Shown one piece after another: positions 59,301 through 64,000 of a DNA stretch of 64,000 nt (position 1 is the first letter of the stretch; each line of letters opens with the position of its first letter). The notes beneath the pieces were generated by a model. That model was not told where the DNA came from, searched no databases, and saw nothing but the letters and a program-made list of their open reading frames with translations. Origin of the DNA: Porphyridium purpureum. Its lineage: Eukaryota. A program made the position numbers and the translations under genes. The stretch spans positions 186,001-250,000 of the forward strand of contig VRMN01000015.1 in assembly GCA_008690995.1 (NCBI GenBank), read 5' to 3'.

Positions 59301-60702
59301 CGACCATTGTCTTCGCCGTCGTTCAATGTCATCGTTAACCTCTGGGGGGATGCTAGTGCACAGTTTGACAAGCGTGTATGGCAGCGTCTGACTGTGCGGC
59401 AACTCTGGACGCCATCAGACTTGGTTGGTCGACTTTGGAAACGCCTACGCGAGCGAATTTGTATGTGTCGTCGTGACGACTCACCGTGCACGTGTGCTTT
59501 CAGCTATGTCTCACGACTGTCCATTATTTCAAGCTCCTGTCTCCAATAGAAATAGCGCGCCCCATGCCTCCGGGGATCACACGCAGTGGAAGAAGGTGTC
59601 AACGACTGATGTCCTATTTTCGGATCAGGAAGTCCCGAAGCACCCAGAAGACGCCATTTCTGACGAGTTGGAAGATTCGCTTACGGTGTAACTCCGAACA
59701 GACTCGAATCTCCGCTTCGTTTTCCCTTTTTGGGTCCCTATTATGTCTTTTTACGGTGAACAAGTGCACATAGCGAGTGGCCCCGATGCTTACATGAGTT
59801 TCTCCTTTATTGTGCCTTTCCCGTCTTCTCTGGCGCTACGGCTATATAAGCGCTGGAGACAGCACCATTGTTTAGTTTATTTTGCCTCCCTCTTTCAGCC
59901 AAGGGGAGCAATCAACCAGCATAAAACACGTTCATTGAGGAAACCAAGCAGACTTTCGCGTACCAATTCCCGCTTTTGTCCGCCACGCGCATACCAGCGC
60001 CTTCTGCCTTTTCCCCTGGCAAAATGACAAAGGGATACCGCAAGCAGAATCCGTACAAGGCTATCAGCGCTCAGCCTCGCTCAGAAGGTAAGATAAGAAT
60101 CAATAAAGCGTGCGACAGAAATCTTACGGTAAAGTTTAAAGTGCGAAAGAGAGGACAACCGGGACCGCGCAGGAACACCACGGAGCCCATGACCAGACGG
60201 TCCTCGGCCCCATAGTTTCACACCCACGCCCTTGAAGATATTTTCCGGGACGCGATCCCGACTATTGCGACAGTACTCGTCTATGCCGATGCGTATGTTC
60301 GAGCATGCATGTGCTTCAGGCAAACACGTAGACGAAAGCCATAAGCGATTCTGAACTTGCGTGATTGAGCAATGTCCGGACAGCGAGTGTGTGTCCGGTC
60401 TGGCCTTTCACCATGCCGCGCTTGGACATGACCTCGAGTCTTTTCAAGTAGAATGGAATACTTCATGAGCAAAGCGTAAACACGAGTTCCGTTCTCAATC
60501 CCTGCTGGTTGCTTTTGCGGTCGGGAAGATGAAGACCGGGACGTCGGGGTTACGATACTGAATGAAGTCACAGTGCCCATGTGGTCAAAGATCAACATTT
60601 TACACGTGCGAAAGACGATGTAGCGATGATGGGTGGCGAGACTCGCCGGCGAAGCAAGCCAAATCGGGGACGGTACTGATTTCGATTTCGCAGCGCGCCT
60701 TC

Positions 60703-63592
60703 TCAATGAGCAAGCATTTGAACGAGCTCGTCGAGGAAAGAGAGCAGCTCAGCATCGCTCATGCTATCCATATCTGCATCTTTGAAGCGATGCAGCATGC
60801 GCAAGACGCTTACGCAATGAGACCGGACACGTTTACCCGCGTCACGACAGCCAATATTATTGTGCAGGCGCAGGCTTGTCTCAATGTCGGCTGCGCGTCG
60901 CACAACTTGCCGGGGTAGGCCAAATTGGGACGCCAGTGAAATAGCTAGGCTGCTTTCGAGCTGCTCGGTCATGGCGACACGCTTGGCACGGTACAGAAAG
61001 ACCGTGTGGTCCTCGTCGCCCTGCGGCTCGGCGGTCTGCATGTGGAAATGGTGCAGGCGCGAACTCACCGGGAGGTGAGGCAGCAATTCGCTCATGTGCG
61101 TGCTACAGAGCAGCAACGGCGCGCCTCGATCATCCGGGGCAAAATGCAGCACGTATTCGATCAGCGCATGATTGAGCGCAAGAGCATCCGTGTGAATGGT
61201 ACCCTTGCCAAATTCGTCAAACACAATGAGTGAGCGGGGCGATGCACGGAACAAGGCCTGCGCAACCTGCGCACAATCAGCTGAAAACGAGCTCTGGTCA
61301 TCTGCACAACTCTCAAAGCCGCGCATCTGCACAAAAAGCTCAAAGAAAATCGGGAGCCGTGCACAACGCGCGGGCACAAAGCAACCAATCTGTGCTAGGT
61401 ACACTATCAGGAGCGTTTGTTTCATGAACACGCTCTTGCCACTGAAGTTGGGTCCCGTAATAACACCCACATGACCTGTGTGCATGCTCAGACTGTTTGG
61501 AATAAAGCCCGGGACTAAGCATTCTGTGATTGGGTGCACGCCGTCCTCATACTCGAGCTTGAGCGGAGCGTCTGAACGCAAAGGCACGATCTCGCTCAAG
61601 TCTGGGCGCGTCCATTGCCGCTCGCGGCACACTTTGGCAAGACTCATGAGGCAATCAAGCTCGGCCAGGTTCCACGCACTATTGAGCAAAGCCTCGAAAT
61701 ACGGCACGATTTCGCGCTGCATAAGCGCAATCTTCGCCTTTTCCACGTCGCACAGCTCTGAAAATATATCCCCCAGCTCGTCATCCAACTGGCGCATGCG
61801 TGCGGTCTTGTAGTACTCGTGCTCGTCGGAAGCAAAGAGCAAATCCATGTCCAAACCGAGTGCAGCGGCCTCCTTGCTTAGGTCGCGGCCAGCGGGCGCA
61901 AGGGCGCGCTTGCGAACTACGACAAGGTAGCCAATTTGTGGATAGTACGCGCAATACATGCGCGGTATGTTTAGACCACGTGCTACCAATGCCTGCATTT
62001 CCTCGAGCGCAATTTCTGTCAGGGCGCCGTCTAGCCCTTCGTACACCTTGCGCAAATCGTCCAGCGTTTCGCACGCGCCGCTACGCACCACCAGCCGCTT
62101 GTCTCGGCCGCTGAGTGTAACGTCCACAACCGCTTCAAAGCTGCGAATGATTTGAAGCACCGCATTTGAGTCACTCGGTGAGTCGATGAGGTGGTCTGCA
62201 TGTTGAGTTTCCGGTGCCGAATCGACATGTCTGTCAAACAGCAGCGAGTGGATGCCAGCCGTCAGGGCGATTCCTGTACCACTTTGCGTGTGCTGCTGCT
62301 GAAGTTGCTGGACACCCGAACCGAGCAAGTTCCGTAGGGTCTGGCGGAGATTGTACGCAGCTTTAGCGCAGGCATACATATGCAACCAATCGTTCGTGCT
62401 CGCTTGGTGTTCACGGGCGCGGCGCACCGCGCCGGGAATGTTCTTGAGCATTTTTAGACTGTCGCGAAGTGCTTCAAATGGTGCAGGCTCAACGCCCATC
62501 AAGAGCTGGACCGTCGAGTGACGCCTCACGAGTTGTGCATGGTCCGTGAGCGGGCAGCGCATCCACTCGCGAAGTACTTGCGCACCAAGGGCTGACTTTG
62601 TACAGTCCAGAATACCACAAAGCGACACGCTTTCCTTGGCGCGGCCCAAGCCGCCCAGCTGCGGGTGTGACTCGGAGCCAAAGATATTTAGCAAGGAAAA
62701 CACCTGAGGAGGTATAAGCACCGCGCCATCGAGCTGCAGCGGAAGCACGCGAGCAACTCCGAGCGCCGGATTGGACATGCCCATGCTCGCCTCACCATCT
62801 GCTGCAAGTGCAGCGCTTCGTGCCAGCCACAACATCAGTCCACCCACTGCTCGCACTGACACGGCATACGAAGGCTCCGCCAAAATGCTCAAGAGGCACT
62901 CACTGCCGGCGTCAGGACTACCTGCGGCAGCAGACATGGTTTGTTTCTGATGCGCAAGCGCCCGCGCCGCAGCGCTCGCAGATGCAGTGGAAAAGGAAGC
63001 ATTTGCAGTAAAGAGAATCGGTGAGCGATCACCACGGTCTGCGTCGCCTTCATCTAAGTTAAACGGCTCCGCGAAGGCGTCATCTTGCGGATTCTCCACC
63101 GTCCTCGACCGAGCTACCACTTTGAGGCCGTCGCGGACCGCGTCCATCAGTGTTTTGTTATTCTGATGAGTGAGAAAAGGAGGAGACAGTCCGGCGAAAC
63201 GTATTTCGGTCAGCATTAAACATCACTCCTTTCGAAGCGGTCGGACAGTGCCATGCAGTCCTGTCTTGGACCAAGCATTCCGCTCAACGGCAAAAAAGCC
63301 AGGACCAGTCATGGTTTTCTGCTTTTCGCTTTGTCAGACGAGGAGGCAAGCGTACCTTGAGCGCAGCTGGGAGCAAAACTGCTGCCACACCGGTCTGCAC
63401 AATGGATGCAGACACGGCCGTGTACACACGGTCCACGGCAGTCTGCATAAATGCGAGCTCGCGCCGAGCATCGCGCCATACGGCCAGCCCCACCGCGTCC
63501 TTGCTCACCACGCACGCCATAATATCCCGCGAATGCTCTGCATGCTCTTCTTGTGCCAGCGGTGCACCACCGCGCGCACCGTCCGCATCCAT
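60703..63592 (-). CDS. MSH5: MutS homolog 5, two exons (63592-63356 and 63162-60703)
   Basis: SLLNIFGSESHP, YYPQIGYL, YYKTARMRQLDDELGDI, ITGPNFSGKSVFMKQ, SSFSAD, DEFGKGT and STH. Phase-0 intron GTACGC...GCTGAC...pyrimidine tract...CAG at 63355-63163. Confidence 0.92.
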
Positions 63593-64000
63593 TCTCCTCC
63601 CGCTCCTCTTCCCCTTCCGCAAGCTCGTCGACGATCAGCGCGGTTCGCGCCAAGCACTTGGACGCGACGTCTCGACGCGCCTGACGCGTGCATGTCGGAT
63701 GGGCATGGCGCGGAGAGCCTGTGCTGTGCGCGTGATCGCGCTGCTAGCGGTGCTGGTGGGCGCGCGATCATGTGTGCTGGCAGATACTCCGCCAAACCAT
63801 CGCAGATGGGGACTGTGGCGGCCGCGGCTCATCGCGGGTGTGCGCAGTAATGTGCGTGACTCGGCTATGTTTGGGATAGGATGGCAGGGCGAAGGCGCCG
63901 TGCGGAGCGCGCTGCGCATGTGCGCGGACGATGGCAGTAATGGCGTCCAGTTCGGATACGTCCGGCACGATGGTCGTGCGTACGCACAGCAAGTTATCGT

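Noticed and set aside
56700..60650. Possible decayed DNA transposon coding remnants
   Set aside because: The region is AT-richer and ORF-poor, but I could not identify a convincing transposase motif, so it is left unannotated.

Overview
A GC-rich, intron-poor eukaryotic window. Plastid transit peptides beginning MAAFV/MFV and a PsbP-domain gene point to a red alga, possibly Porphyridium-like (inference). Compact single-copy genes are: mitochondrial ATPase inhibitor IF1, cytosolic MDH, an SLX4-like protein, ssSPT, an FAD monooxygenase, a BED-finger/isochorismatase fusion, PRP19, a KDM5-like JmjC protein, an ankyrin protein, SEC12, pirin, a PsbP-domain protein, a glycosyltransferase and MSH5. 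They alternate with blocks of decayed transposons. The most unusual object is a 5.77-kb LTR retrotransposon (49425-55192, minus strand) nested in the left terminal repeat of a Tc1/Tc3-like DNA transposon. It has CG...CG instead of TG...CA LTR ends, a Ty3/Gypsy-type Gag and protease joined to Copia-type INT-RT-RNaseH, and a Myb/SANT-like domain between integrase and RT. Also notable are the BED-isochorismatase fusion and a recent ~830-bp inverted partial copy of it that brackets the monooxygenase gene. All calls come from reading motifs by eye; no database searches were run.
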